From positions 96,001 to 160,000 of the forward strand of contig CAWKAR010000028.1 of assembly GCA_963847625.1 (NCBI GenBank): a stretch of 64,000 nt of DNA. The letters are read 5' to 3'. Numbering within the stretch: position 1 is the first letter of the stretch; the number at the start of each line of letters is the position of its first letter. The notes beneath the pieces are model-generated. The model did not search any database. It saw nothing but the letters and a program-made list of their open reading frames with translations, and was not told the DNA's origin. The translations under genes were made by a program, and so were the position numbers. The DNA comes from a candidate division FCPU426 bacterium. GTDB taxonomy: Bacteria > Oederibacteriota > Muellerivitia > Muellerivitales > Muellerivitaceae. Positions 9,982 through 20,054 of this stretch are shown here, piece by piece.

Positions 9982-10176
9982 ATGAATATGGAATGCACTC
10001 AAAAGGCAAACATGAAAAACTGCCCCTGCACTTACGATTGCGAGCGGAGGGGAAAGTGCTGCGACTGCGTCACCTACCACCGCCGCCGGGGTGAGCTTCC
10101 GGGCTGTTTCTTCGACGCCAAGGCTGAAGCCACCCATGACCGGTCCATCGGGAATTTCGTGCGGCTCAATTCTTGA
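9982..10176 (+). CDS. Small Cys-rich protein, DUF6485-like
   Basis: CPCTY-x-C-x-R-x-G-x-CCDCV-x-YH...LPGCFF...DRS pattern; SD AAGGAG (start may be 9988). Confidence 0.65.
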   Translation: MNMECTQKANMKNCPCTYDCERRGKCCDCVTYHRRRGELPGCFFDAKAEATHDRSIGNFVRLNS

Positions 10177-10252
10177 TGGCGGTATCTCAAGCCTTGTCTT
10201 GAAATGTCATTTCGTTTTATTGAACCCCGTTCACCGGTTGGAACCCCCGTTT

Positions 10253-11428
10253 TTAATGGACGTTTCCGCATTTCCGGCATCGGATCTTCCGAAAAATCCA
10301 ATCAGCAGGCCACACCTTGACCGAGCCGCATTTCAAACAGGCCAGGTTGAAAAAACTCCTTGCCGAAGAAAACCCCAAGGCCAGAAATACCACCACCAGA
10401 ACCGTGACATGGGCGAACAAAAGTTGAATCGCGTCCGGAATATTCCCCGTGCCCCTCACTATCGGCATAAGGATTTGAAAAGAGATCAATCCCCCCGTCA
10501 ACAAGCACAATAGGCGGTTGACTAACCACGCGGCCCGGTTTCCCCTGAGAGTTCCAATCAACAATACTAGCCAAAGCGCGACCGGGATCAGTCCGGAAAA
10601 AGGTATAGGAGGCGAACCTTCCGGGTTAGCTAAAAAAGGCCAAACCTGCATGGCCAGAATCCAGGCCGTTCCCAAAACGGCGATCCGCGCGCTCCAGGGC
10701 ATGGGTAGCGGGCCTGCGGTCCCTGCCGGTACCCGGCGCGGGAAAACCAAAGGGATGAGAAATAACATTGCGGCCAGGAAAAAAACCAGGATCAGACACC
10801 TGCCCCATGAAAAGGCCTGGGGATTTTTCAAGTATCCGTCCAGGACCGTCTGTTCCACCAAGGCGTCCCAATCGGGCGATTCCAGGTCGAACCTGAAGGA
10901 AGACGCGACAAAGGTGACCAGGACGCAAAAATTTTTACCCCCCGGAAGGAAATATCTCAAGCATTTATCGGTTTTAAAACTTCCTTTTGGCAGGCCCAGG
11001 ACCAACCGCAGGGCCGCCTCCCCTCCCAGGGTGGCAGGAGCGCAATCCAAGAGTTTCAAACCTTCGGGCGCGCCCGAAGAAGCGGTAGGCAGGTCATTGG
11101 CGAGTTGGAGTAGGAAATCCGGGTAACTCACGTCCTTGGGTATGGGAAAAAGGGCCACATCCATGTATTCCACGACCTTGTTGCGGATCGTGCGGGGATT
11201 AACGGCGATCACCGGGTAGGTCTCTCTTTTGCGCATATCGGCCAAAAAAGTAGGTAATTTAAGGCTGACGGACTGGGAACCGGGGGAAAGGTCGGTCCAG
11301 CCCTCGGGAATGCGGAACCGGTAGAACTCCTGGCCATACGCGGGCAAGAAAAGAAAACCCAGGAAGCAGGCTAAAAGTGCTGATCTTAATAAATTCAAAT
11401 GAATCCTTCCAAAATAAAATTTAGCCAC
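10253..11428 (-). CDS. Hypothetical membrane protein (exported domain + multiple TMs + C-terminal CxxC...CxxC zinc ribbon)
   Basis: 391-aa ORF with signal-like N-terminus, about 5 hydrophobic segments and CLKC...CRKC; start uncertain. Confidence 0.6.
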   Translation of the reverse strand: MAKFYFGRIHLNLLRSALLACFLGFLFLPAYGQEFYRFRIPEGWTDLSPGSQSVSLKLPTFLADMRKRETYPVIAVNPRTIRNKVVEYMDVALFPIPKDVSYPDFLLQLANDLPTASSGAPEGLKLLDCAPATLGGEAALRLVLGLPKGSFKTDKCLRYFLPGGKNFCVLVTFVASSFRFDLESPDWDALVEQTVLDGYLKNPQAFSWGRCLILVFFLAAMLFLIPLVFPRRVPAGTAGPLPMPWSARIAVLGTAWILAMQVWPFLANPEGSPPIPFSGLIPVALWLVLLIGTLRGNRAAWLVNRLLCLLTGGLISFQILMPIVRGTGNIPDAIQLLFAHVTVLVVVFLALGFSSARSFFNLACLKCGSVKVWPADWIFRKIRCRKCGNVH

Positions 11429-11518
11429 GGATTCAGGGGATACACTCAGATGGCCAAAGAAAAAGGCTTAAAATTTTTGTTTTTTAAAATCCCATGAATC
11501 CCATGCATCCGTGGCTAA
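11421..11518. repeat. REP/MITE-like inverted-repeat element
   Basis: Perfect 12-bp IR TTAGCCACGGAT (11421-11432) / ATCCGTGGCTAA (11507-11518), with internal ~9-bp AATCCCATG tandem repeats. Confidence 0.6.
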
Positions 11519-11626
11519 GATGTTGTTTTGGCTTTTGTTTTTTCTGGTTTCTTACTCTTTCGGGTAGCTTTATGGACTATATTAACAAAATTGTGGAAGC
11601 CGCGATACGAGAGGAGATCTGGCTAA

Positions 11627-12364
11627 ATGCGCATTGCGTTGGAAATTGTGCCGAGAAACCCGGAATTTTTATCCACCGCCATCCAAGAAGTTAAATCCCG
11701 CTTGCGGCGCGTCACCACCCTGACCCTGCCGGATTTGAAAGATTCCAAGCTGAGTAGCCTGGATGCTTCCCTTTTCACTCGCTGGCATTTCCCCGACGTC
11801 ATTCCCTGCTTTCGGGCCTTGGAGATCGACCTGGAAAAACCCTGGCCCGAGGCTTCCCTCATCCTGGAGAAGGGTTTCAAGGAAATTGCCTTGGTAACGG
11901 GTGATCCGCCCAAGAATTCCCCTGCGTCCCCAAAGGACGAGGTTCTACTGGAAGCCATCCGGAAGTTGAAACGAGAAATCTCCGGTCTCAAGATTTATGT
12001 TGGGCTGGACCCCTACCGGAAAGCGCCCGATAAGGAAATGGAATACGCGCGGGCCAAGTTGGAAGCCGGGGCCGACGGATTCATCACCCAGGCTTTCTTC
12101 GACCTCCGGTTATTCGAGACCTACTCGAACCTTTTAAAACCCCATGATGTTTTCTGGGGCGTGTCTCCCGTGCTGGATGAATTCGCCTGGAATTTCTGGA
12201 ATGACAAGATCAAGGCTGTCTTTCCGTCGGATTTCAGCCCCACCCCTGATTGGAACCGGGCCTTCGCCAAGAAAATGATGGATCTAGTCGGGGAACGGGG
12301 CGGGAACCTTTTATTCATGCCCATCCGTGCCCCGATTTTGGATTGCTATGAGGGAATACTTTAA
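11627..12364 (+). CDS. Short methylenetetrahydrofolate reductase-family protein
   Basis: ALEIVPR, LVTGDPP, GLDPYR and KLEAGADGFITQAFFD, typical of the MTHFR/MetF fold; SD GAGGAG. Confidence 0.75.
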   Translation: MRIALEIVPRNPEFLSTAIQEVKSRLRRVTTLTLPDLKDSKLSSLDASLFTRWHFPDVIPCFRALEIDLEKPWPEASLILEKGFKEIALVTGDPPKNSPASPKDEVLLEAIRKLKREISGLKIYVGLDPYRKAPDKEMEYARAKLEAGADGFITQAFFDLRLFETYSNLLKPHDVFWGVSPVLDEFAWNFWNDKIKAVFPSDFSPTPDWNRAFAKKMMDLVGERGGNLLFMPIRAPILDCYEGIL

Positions 12365-15300
12365 AAATTAATGACCTCAGCGTTCTTAAGAAGCCCCTTC
12401 AACTCGGACTCCCATTTCTCGCCCCCGGCGAGGCGCGCCAGTTCCACGGCCATATGGCGGGGCTTGACCCCCATAGCCGAGATTCTTCCCAGGCCCTGCA
12501 GGCAGCTGGGGCAGTTGGTCAGCATGATCCCGTCGTTTTCCCTTCCCTCCATGGCCTTTTTCACGGCCTCCGTCTTTTTATCCAGCATGTTGAAGGCGAT
12601 GTCGGGCCGGCTCATGGCAAGGGTCCCGGCCTCCGAACAGCAATGGGGCACCAGGGTCAGCTTGAACCCTGAGTTTTTCTTGAAAAATTCCAGGGCGGTT
12701 TCTTTCAGGGAGTCGTGGCAGGGCCGGTGGTAGAGGTAGTCCCCGCCCGTGCCGGTCTTCAAGCCGGCCTGCACGGCGAAACGGCTCACATCCTCCAGGG
12801 GGGCGGAGAATAGGCCTTCGACGCCCATGGTCTGCAGGGCCTCGCGGCAGGTGCCGCAGGAAACCACGATCGCGTTGAAAGAAAGGTGCCTCAGCATCTC
12901 GCGGATCTGGCTGAAGATGATGGTGTCCCCCAGGACCCTCCGGTTGTTGTCCGCCACCTGGGCGTTCACGTTGATGGGAAACCCGCAGCACAGGAAGGGC
13001 GGCGGCAGGACGACCCTGACCCCCGCCTTGAGCATCAGGAAAAGCGAGGCCTTGCCCACGTCCGAGAAAAGCCTTTCGGACCCGCACCCGGGGAAATAAA
13101 AAACCGTCTTGGCCGCTTCCACGGCGGGGGAAAGGATCAGGGCCTGGTGGAGTTCCAGTTTGGGAAGAATCCGGTGCAGGGTGCCCCGCCCCGAGGGAGG
13201 CATGGGCGTCCGGAGCATATTGAAGGGCCATATTGCCTTCCAGTCGCTGAAATTGGGCACATAGGCCAGGACCCTGGCTCCCAGGCGCTGGAAAAAGAGG
13301 CCCCACACCAGCACCGCCTGCCGGAACAGGGCGTTATAGGCCCTCGACCGGCTCTTCAGGTACCCCAGGGACATGCGGGTGGCGATGGCCGTGTGCTTGT
13401 ACTTTCGGGCCGCCAGGATGCGCCTCTCCAGGATGGAGATTTCTCCCGTGTCGATATCCACCGGGCAGGGTTTCAGGCACTTATGGCAGATGGTGCAGTG
13501 GTCGGCGATCTCTTCCAATTCCTTCAGGAACTCGAACCGGGTCGAGCGGGCCCGCTGGGCGTCGTAAAGCAGGGCCTCGATGACCGCCGCGATGGCCAGG
13601 TTCTTGTTGCGGGGGTGGTAGAACATGTTCTTTCCCGGGTGGAACACACAGCAGTCGGGCTTGCACCGGCCGCAGCGGATGCACTTGGAAATCTTGTCGG
13701 CCAGCTCGAAAAGCGAGTCGTTCTGCAGGATACGGGCTTCCAACTCCAGTAAATTGAAGGAGGGCGTGAAGACCTTGTCGGGCACGGTCATGTCGGAGAG
13801 CTTGCCGGGATTCATCAACCCGCCCGGGTCCACCTGGTGGCGGTATTGCGCCAGGGCCTCGAGGCGGCCGTTCTCCAGGTGTTTGAGCTTGGTGACGCCG
13901 ATGCCGTGCTCGCCCGACACAACGCCGCCCAGGGTCACCACGTGGCGCATGACGGTGTCCGCGGTCGTGAAGGCCCGCCTCAGCATTTCCTGGTCGTTGG
14001 AGAAGGTGGGGATGTTCACGTGCACGTTGCCGTCGCCCGCGTGCATGTGGGTGGCGATGACGATCAGGCGCGAACGGGTTTCCTTGAAGATGCGCTCCAC
14101 CTCCCGGCAGGCGGCCGCGTAACCGCGGAAAAGTTCCAGCAGGCCCTTGAGCAGGTCTTGGGCGGGTTTCCCCTCCCTCAAGGGTTTCTTGGCCTCGGTT
14201 TTGATTTCTTCCAGGGCCTTCCGGCAAAGTTTCTCGGCGGCGGGACGCTTGGCGGCCAGCCATTCGGTATCCTCGGCTTCCTGCGCCCTCTCGAGGAATT
14301 TGAGCGCCTCCTCCACGAAACGGGACTGGTTGTGTCGTTCTTCCTTGATGTTGTATTCGCCGATATAGGTGGCGAAGCCCGCCAGGGATTCCAGGGGCAG
14401 GACGATATCCTCGTTGAGCTTGAAGGCGTTGGTGTGCTTGGCGATGGCGCCGAGCCGCTTGCGGTCGGCCCAGAATTTAACCCCCTCCTGGGCATCCCTG
14501 GCCAGGAAAAGATCGGTGTTGGGGTAACGGTCCACCAGGGCCTTGAGCCGCTTTTCCCCTTGGGCCAGGTCCTCGGGGGTGTGGGCCACAATGTCGATTA
14601 AAAGCACCGCCTTGGGGCGGTCGCCGCGGGCGGCCTTGGTCTTGTAGCCGATGGCCCTCACGTATTCCTCGTCGAAATGCTCCAGGGCCATGAGGGTTTC
14701 CCGACCCTTGTTTACGAACTCTTTGGAAAGGTCCAGGATGACCTTGCCCGCCTCGTCCATGCTCTCCCCGAAAAACTCCAGGCAGGCGGTGCGCAGGTGC
14801 TCGTAGGCCGGGTACAGCACGAACCGGGCCGAGGTGATGACCCCGTCGGTTCCCTCTTTCTGGAGGCCGGGCAGGCCGCCCAGGGCCTTGTTGGTGATGT
14901 CCTTCCAGACGTTCTTCTTGCGGATATCCAAACCGCCCAGTTCCACCGTCCTCAGGATGGCGTTGGTTTCCCCGTCCCGGACCAGGAAGGCCACCTTGTC
15001 CGAATGGAGGATCTTCCTTAATGGATGCCCCTTTCGCTTGACCACCACCGTTTTCCCGCCTGGAAGCGCCATTCGGAAGGAAAGCACGTTGTCGATGGCC
15101 GTGCCCCATAGAACGGCGGTCTTGCCCCCGGCGTTTTCGGAAAGGTTGCCGCCAATGGTGGAGGCCCAAGAGCTGGTGGGGTCGGTGGCGAAGACCCACC
15201 CTGCTTTGGCGGCGTAGTTAATGGCGTCCTCCGTCACGACGCCCGCTTCCACCTCCAGGACCTTGGTCTTGCGGCTGGTGCCGTCATCCAGCGTGAATCT

Positions 15301-15981
15301 CTTCTCGGAGAAGCCGCGGATTCGGTCCAGCTTTTCCAGGTTCACCATGACGCAGTCGCCCGTCACCGGAATGGCCCCCCCGGTGAGGCCCGTGCCGGCG
15401 CCCCGGGGGATGGCCTTGAGGCCCAGGTTCTCAATGGCTACTAGGAGGGGGGCTACCTGCGCTTCCTCGGAGGGAAAAACCACCGCCACCGGCATGAAGA
15501 GGCGCCAGTCGGTTCCGTCCGTGACGTGGCTGATGAGCGCGAAGGGATCGAAAAGAACGTTGGCCTCGCCCACCACCGCGCCCAGTTCCCGCCGGATGCG
15601 TGCCCTTTGGCCCAGGGCCGAGACCAGCTCGGATTGCAGGCGGTCCAGGTAGTCCTGGCATTGGCCCAGGACCCAAAGCACGTCGGGGTCGCTCCCGGAA
15701 TTCTTGTTCAGGATATCCAGGTCTTCCTGGTAGGCGGCCAGGAACTGCCGCCGGGAAGAGGGGGAGTCGACCATCTCTTGGTAGAGAAAGGGATTGCGGC
15801 GCAGGATGAAGATGTCGCCGATGAACCGCATGAGAAGGCGGGCCGAGCGCCCGGTTTTTCTGCGGGCGCGGAGTTTTTCGAGGGTTTCCCAGACCTGGGC
15901 CCCGAATAGGATGCGGACGACTTGCTCGTCATCCGCCGATGTGTAGTTGTAGGGAATTTCTCTTCTTGTTTGGGTTTCCAT
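12361..15981 (-). CDS. FAD-linked oxidoreductase with Fe-S and CCG domains (DUF3683/DUF3400-type GlcD+GlcF-like fusion)
   Basis: REIPYNYTS N-terminus, PRGAGTGLTGG, DPTS...STIGGN, HMHAGDGNVH, SGEHGIG, CIRCGRC, CTICHKCLKPCP and CCG motifs. Confidence 0.9.
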   Translation of the reverse strand: METQTRREIPYNYTSADDEQVVRILFGAQVWETLEKLRARRKTGRSARLLMRFIGDIFILRRNPFLYQEMVDSPSSRRQFLAAYQEDLDILNKNSGSDPDVLWVLGQCQDYLDRLQSELVSALGQRARIRRELGAVVGEANVLFDPFALISHVTDGTDWRLFMPVAVVFPSEEAQVAPLLVAIENLGLKAIPRGAGTGLTGGAIPVTGDCVMVNLEKLDRIRGFSEKRFTLDDGTSRKTKVLEVEAGVVTEDAINYAAKAGWVFATDPTSSWASTIGGNLSENAGGKTAVLWGTAIDNVLSFRMALPGGKTVVVKRKGHPLRKILHSDKVAFLVRDGETNAILRTVELGGLDIRKKNVWKDITNKALGGLPGLQKEGTDGVITSARFVLYPAYEHLRTACLEFFGESMDEAGKVILDLSKEFVNKGRETLMALEHFDEEYVRAIGYKTKAARGDRPKAVLLIDIVAHTPEDLAQGEKRLKALVDRYPNTDLFLARDAQEGVKFWADRKRLGAIAKHTNAFKLNEDIVLPLESLAGFATYIGEYNIKEERHNQSRFVEEALKFLERAQEAEDTEWLAAKRPAAEKLCRKALEEIKTEAKKPLREGKPAQDLLKGLLELFRGYAAACREVERIFKETRSRLIVIATHMHAGDGNVHVNIPTFSNDQEMLRRAFTTADTVMRHVVTLGGVVSGEHGIGVTKLKHLENGRLEALAQYRHQVDPGGLMNPGKLSDMTVPDKVFTPSFNLLELEARILQNDSLFELADKISKCIRCGRCKPDCCVFHPGKNMFYHPRNKNLAIAAVIEALLYDAQRARSTRFEFLKELEEIADHCTICHKCLKPCPVDIDTGEISILERRILAARKYKHTAIATRMSLGYLKSRSRAYNALFRQAVLVWGLFFQRLGARVLAYVPNFSDWKAIWPFNMLRTPMPPSGRGTLHRILPKLELHQALILSPAVEAAKTVFYFPGCGSERLFSDVGKASLFLMLKAGVRVVLPPPFLCCGFPINVNAQVADNNRRVLGDTIIFSQIREMLRHLSFNAIVVSCGTCREALQTMGVEGLFSAPLEDVSRFAVQAGLKTGTGGDYLYHRPCHDSLKETALEFFKKNSGFKLTLVPHCCSEAGTLAMSRPDIAFNMLDKKTEAVKKAMEGRENDGIMLTNCPSCLQGLGRISAMGVKPRHMAVELARLAGGEKWESELKGLLKNAEVINF

Positions 15982-16134
15982 GGGCCTCACCCCGGTCCAG
16001 TGTTGGCGTATGATGGGTTAAAAATAGTGAATTTTGTATGACTGCTGTCATGTAATAACGTTTATCAGCCGTCAGTTGTCGGTTGTTTGTTGATTGCGAC
16101 GGAGAGGAAAAACGATGGGAAAATATTTTTCATC

Positions 16135-16827
16135 TTATTTATTCACTGGTGGCGCTTTTATAAAAGAAACAAATCTAGAACCATGAGTAGTAGTTTTCTT
16201 TGAAAGTGTGTCAGCACCCATTACATGGAGACTTTCCTGACCAACTAATCCCTTTGCGTACAAATCTTTCCAAATTATTCTATAAAAGTCTTCCCGATTC
16301 TGAAGTTCCGGAAAAGCTTTTTCAATCATATCGGCAAGTCCACCAATCTGATAATTACGATCCCCCGGCTGACGCCCAAACCATCCCTGGGGGTCATCGG
16401 CCAAGTCTAATATTTTTAAATGCCAAACACTAAAAGTATCCACATAACTTAAAAATATTTGTTGTAGTGACCTATCAAGGTTATGAGAGATTCCCGAATT
16501 TATTATTGCGTTTTTAAGAGCGTCAATTTTTTCATGTTGGTTATTCGATACCGCAATTCGAGATGCCTGAATCACTGAATCAATGAACGCCTCATTGCTT
16601 TGCAATTCTTCTAACCGGCCAACATGTGCTTTTAATACCTGAAACGCTTGAGCTAATTGTTCCATCCATTCAGCGCGTCTTCTTTCCAGGGGTGGGGCAA
16701 TAATAGCGTTGAATATTTCTAAAGCGGGGCCACCTATTCCAGGTATTGCGCTCACTACCGCTCACGCAATTAGATGCACTGTGTCCCCCGGAGTACCGCT
16801 AGGCGCTTTAAGATTTGATTCTGTCAA
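16135..16827 (-). pseudogene. Hypothetical protein with an in-frame TGA near the N-terminus (or shorter CDS from GTG 16755)
   Basis: The frame continues upstream of the track ORF: TTG 16827, MTESNLKAPSGTPGDTVHLIA*AVVSAIPGIGG. The TGA is at 16762-16764. TTG lies 1 nt after the DUF4238 stop, with GAAGG upstream. Confidence 0.6.
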
Positions 16828-16828
16828 A

Positions 16829-17914
16829 TTAGCCTTCTTTACTTTTATTTGTTTTCAAATCCTTTTCCTTTATCTTTTTTATCATTTCCACTATATCTGC
16901 CGGAACATCGATTTTACGGCCAAAAGCATCCCGGGATATAAATGAACCATCTTCAAATCCGACAGTTGTTTGGCCTCCGTAGTTCCAAATTTCATTTTCA
17001 GGCGGAATCAAAACCTTGGCTATCTCTTTCCAAGTAAAAATCTCCGGATTAAGCCAATCTTTATCTGCCGCCGCTAAAAATTTTGAAGCTTGGGTTTTGA
17101 AAAAATAATTAATTGCCATTACTTGCTCTGTTTTTAATTTACGGACTTGGATTGTATTGTTTGTCATAAATATCGTTTCGCCGGAAAATCTTGCATTCGT
17201 TCTGGGGATTAAGGGATCAACCCCAGTTGGATCCTTTCCATATTCCAGGTTAGTCAGAATTAAACATTTATTCATATCCAAAGGAAATACCGTTTGGGAG
17301 CCCTTAAAAGCTATTGATGGTTCATCTGGATTCGTGTTGAAAGGATGATTTGGTGGGCAAGCAATATTAAAAATAGTTACCGGATGATCCGAAAGGATAA
17401 ATTTGACTGATGAATTTTCAGCGGATACGACTTCCCTAATTGCCTCAGACCACATTACACAATGGCTGTTTCTAAGGGAAAGCATTTCAGACATTAACTT
17501 GTTTTGGTTCAAATTCGGGAAATGGTTCTTAATCCATTGAAGGCCTTTTGGTGTACGAAGTTTTTGGGCATCTAAATATTCAAAAAGTTGCTTGAAGTGG
17601 TGGTGAAGGGTTGGATAATCATTTTGGGCCATTGCCCTAACAGCCAATGCACCCCTGTTGTCAATTTCCCCGAAAAGAAATTTTTCTATACTATCGTCGA
17701 GCTGAGAAAAAATATGTGTCGTGTACAAATCCCTTTTCTTAAAGCACTGTGTTGGGACACTAGTTGTGTATTCGCCGATTTTAATTTTTTCATGACTTGG
17801 CAATTCTTTTATAAGAGGGTCCAGATTGCGGCAATGATACGACTGTTCTCCAGGGAGGATAAAACCCTTTTGGTGCCATTTTGGAACGTAATGGTTTTCG
17901 TGGCTTTGTTGCAT
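16829..17914 (-). CDS. DUF4238-domain protein
   Basis: N-terminal NHYVPKWHQKGF, DLY, IEKFLFGEID, QKLRTP, FILSDHPV and FPLD motifs; AT-rich. Confidence 0.75.
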   Translation of the reverse strand: MQQSHENHYVPKWHQKGFILPGEQSYHCRNLDPLIKELPSHEKIKIGEYTTSVPTQCFKKRDLYTTHIFSQLDDSIEKFLFGEIDNRGALAVRAMAQNDYPTLHHHFKQLFEYLDAQKLRTPKGLQWIKNHFPNLNQNKLMSEMLSLRNSHCVMWSEAIREVVSAENSSVKFILSDHPVTIFNIACPPNHPFNTNPDEPSIAFKGSQTVFPLDMNKCLILTNLEYGKDPTGVDPLIPRTNARFSGETIFMTNNTIQVRKLKTEQVMAINYFFKTQASKFLAAADKDWLNPEIFTWKEIAKVLIPPENEIWNYGGQTTVGFEDGSFISRDAFGRKIDVPADIVEMIKKIKEKDLKTNKSKEG

Positions 17915-18174
17915 TAGTTGTCTCGAATAAATTCGTTAAAACATTATTTTTCAAAAACATATATGCGTGTTCGGAATTAGGTCTGAAAAAAGAAAAATCA
18001 TCATCAGACCAAAACCAAATCATATTATGCCACCATTCATACCAGTTAGGACTGAGGTACCCGAAGTAAGAAACTAAAACTTGAGATTATGGATAAACCG
18101 ATTCCGATTTTGTGCTATTTTTGGCGTATAAAAAATTGGATATTATCTTTATAGATAGGTAAACAAATGAAATG

Positions 18175-19224
18175 CTGAATTCAACCAGTAAGTGCAACAC
18201 CTTGACTAAAGACCTGCTCCGGCGTTTTGAAACGAAGGCACTTGCGAGGACGATGGTTTAGGATCCGTTCCACGCGTCGTACATTCGCTGGGGTTATAGT
18301 AGCAAAATCCGTTTTCTTGGGATAGAAGCGACGAACAAGACCTGCAGTATTTTCAACACAACCTTTCTCCCAACTGTGGAAGGGCAAACAAAAGAATGAA
18401 CGAGTGCCTGAAACACGATTCACCTGGAGATGTTCGACGTTTTCGGAGCCATTGTCGTATGTGATGGTACGGCGGAGGCCTTTTGAAATCCGAACCAACC
18501 GACGGTTGATTGCGGCTCTAGTGTGGAAAGCTGATTTTTGAGGTAGCCAAGCCAGTTTCACCAGACGACTTTTGCGCTCGACCATAACCAGAAGTGAGGG
18601 TTTGCTTTTCCGGGAGATGATGGTGTCGGCCTCCCAGTGCCCGAATTGCTGTCTTGTTTCAACGATAGCTGGTCGTTGGGTAATGGGAGTACGTTGAGGA
18701 ATATGGCTTTTGCGATGTTTTTGAGTGTGCCAACGTCGCAAACGTTTTCGATGGGCCCGGGCTAGATGAGGAATGAGGTTTCGAGCTTCGCAGTAGATGA
18801 ATTGATAGATGGCTTCATGGGAAACGGAAAGTTTTGGTTTCTCCCGGCGAAGAAAACCGGCAATTTGCTCGGGCGAGAGTCCACGAGGTATTTCTCGCAG
18901 TACTAAACGGCGAATCTCAGGATTTTTAAGCCTTAAATGAGTACGTGAAAGACGGTTTCGGTGTTCTGCACGCATGTGAGCTCTGGCGGGCAGGTAGCGG
19001 CAAGATCGTATAGGAGGGGCGTTGCGCTTCAGTTCTCGGGAAATGCTGGATACATCACGGCCCAGACGGCGTGCGATTTCCCGAAGGGAGAGGCCTTCAG
19101 CATTCCAAACTGAAATTTCTTCACGTTCGGCTAACGACAGATGCTTGTAGGATGATTTCATAGCACTTAGGATAACCCCCGGGTTCTGCCGGGTCTAAGT
19201 GTTGCACTTCGTTATTGAACTGGG
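18175..19224 (-). mobile_element. IS30-family element (copy type 1)
   Basis: ~26-bp imperfect IRs CTGAATTCAACCAGTAAGTGCAACAC and rc CCCAGTTCAATAACGAAGTGCAACAC; exact ends +/-2 bp. Confidence 0.88.
18181..19161 (-). CDS. IS30-family transposase
   Basis: YKHLSLAER HTH, SISRELKRN, HEAIYQ, GHWEADT, TYDNGSEN, SWEKGCVEN and LNHRPRKCL. Confidence 0.95.
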   Translation of the reverse strand: MKSSYKHLSLAEREEISVWNAEGLSLREIARRLGRDVSSISRELKRNAPPIRSCRYLPARAHMRAEHRNRLSRTHLRLKNPEIRRLVLREIPRGLSPEQIAGFLRREKPKLSVSHEAIYQFIYCEARNLIPHLARAHRKRLRRWHTQKHRKSHIPQRTPITQRPAIVETRQQFGHWEADTIISRKSKPSLLVMVERKSRLVKLAWLPQKSAFHTRAAINRRLVRISKGLRRTITYDNGSENVEHLQVNRVSGTRSFFCLPFHSWEKGCVENTAGLVRRFYPKKTDFATITPANVRRVERILNHRPRKCLRFKTPEQVFSQGVALTG

Positions 19225-19227
19225 GAA

Positions 19228-20049
19228 TTGATATTAACTTTACTGTTCTTTTTATTGACTCTTATGAGACCCAACTGGATCAAGGCGGACAGCTTTGATT
19301 CGGAAAACTATTGGAATTTTAATGGTGCATTAGGAGACCATCAAGATATTGGTCTATCTTTATATCTTTTTAAAGATGGAACTTTAAAGGGGGACTATTT
19401 TTTTGATGAAAATGAAAAACCTATCAAATTAGAGGGAAAATGGAGTCCCATAATTAAATCGAATAAGGATTCGAGTTATCATTCATCTGATTTTAATTTT
19501 GTATCTCAGGAATTATCTGATACAGGCAAAGCACAGGCCACTTTTGAAGGCCAATTTAATTCGAACGATGATCGTGATGGGCTTAAAGGGGTTCGAATTG
19601 ATCTAAAAAGCGGTCAGAAAATATCTTTTAAATTAGAACTTGAATCAATCACTCCTCAAGATTTCGGCAAACGATATGAAGCGGCAGACTCCAAAAACGA
19701 TTCAGAATTCGATAATTTCGCGAAAGAATTAAAGGGTGAAATACTTACCGGTAAAAAAGAAGAAGTGGCACAAAAAATTGTTTATCCGTTAACCGTTTGT
19801 ATAAGAGATAAGGAAATCGAAATAAAAAACAAAAAAATATTTGTCAGAAAATATGATCAAATCATTACACCGGATTTTATTAAACTTATTAATAAAGCAC
19901 ATCCTTATCACATGTTTTGCAGGAATGAGGAGGTCATGTTTGGGGAGACTGGTGCCATCTGGCTTGCTTATAACAGCGGATTGAAAGTTGTAGCAATCAA
20001 TAACTGTTATCCTGATGCTCAATTAAAAATATTGGACCATGGAAAATAA
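19228..20049 (+). CDS. Hypothetical exported protein, AT-rich, between two IS30 elements
   Basis: 273-aa ORF with hydrophobic N-terminus. It starts 3 nt after one IS end and stops 5 nt before the other; the native start may have been cut by the IS. Confidence 0.7.
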   Translation: MILTLLFFLLTLMRPNWIKADSFDSENYWNFNGALGDHQDIGLSLYLFKDGTLKGDYFFDENEKPIKLEGKWSPIIKSNKDSSYHSSDFNFVSQELSDTGKAQATFEGQFNSNDDRDGLKGVRIDLKSGQKISFKLELESITPQDFGKRYEAADSKNDSEFDNFAKELKGEILTGKKEEVAQKIVYPLTVCIRDKEIEIKNKKIFVRKYDQIITPDFIKLINKAHPYHMFCRNEEVMFGETGAIWLAYNSGLKVVAINNCYPDAQLKILDHGK

Positions 20050-20054
20050 ATTTC

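Noticed and set aside
16762..16764. TGA recoding (alternative genetic code or selenocysteine)
   Set aside because: TGA terminates many clear genes here (e.g. 7989, 22835, 30341), and I could not identify a Cys-equivalent context or SECIS.
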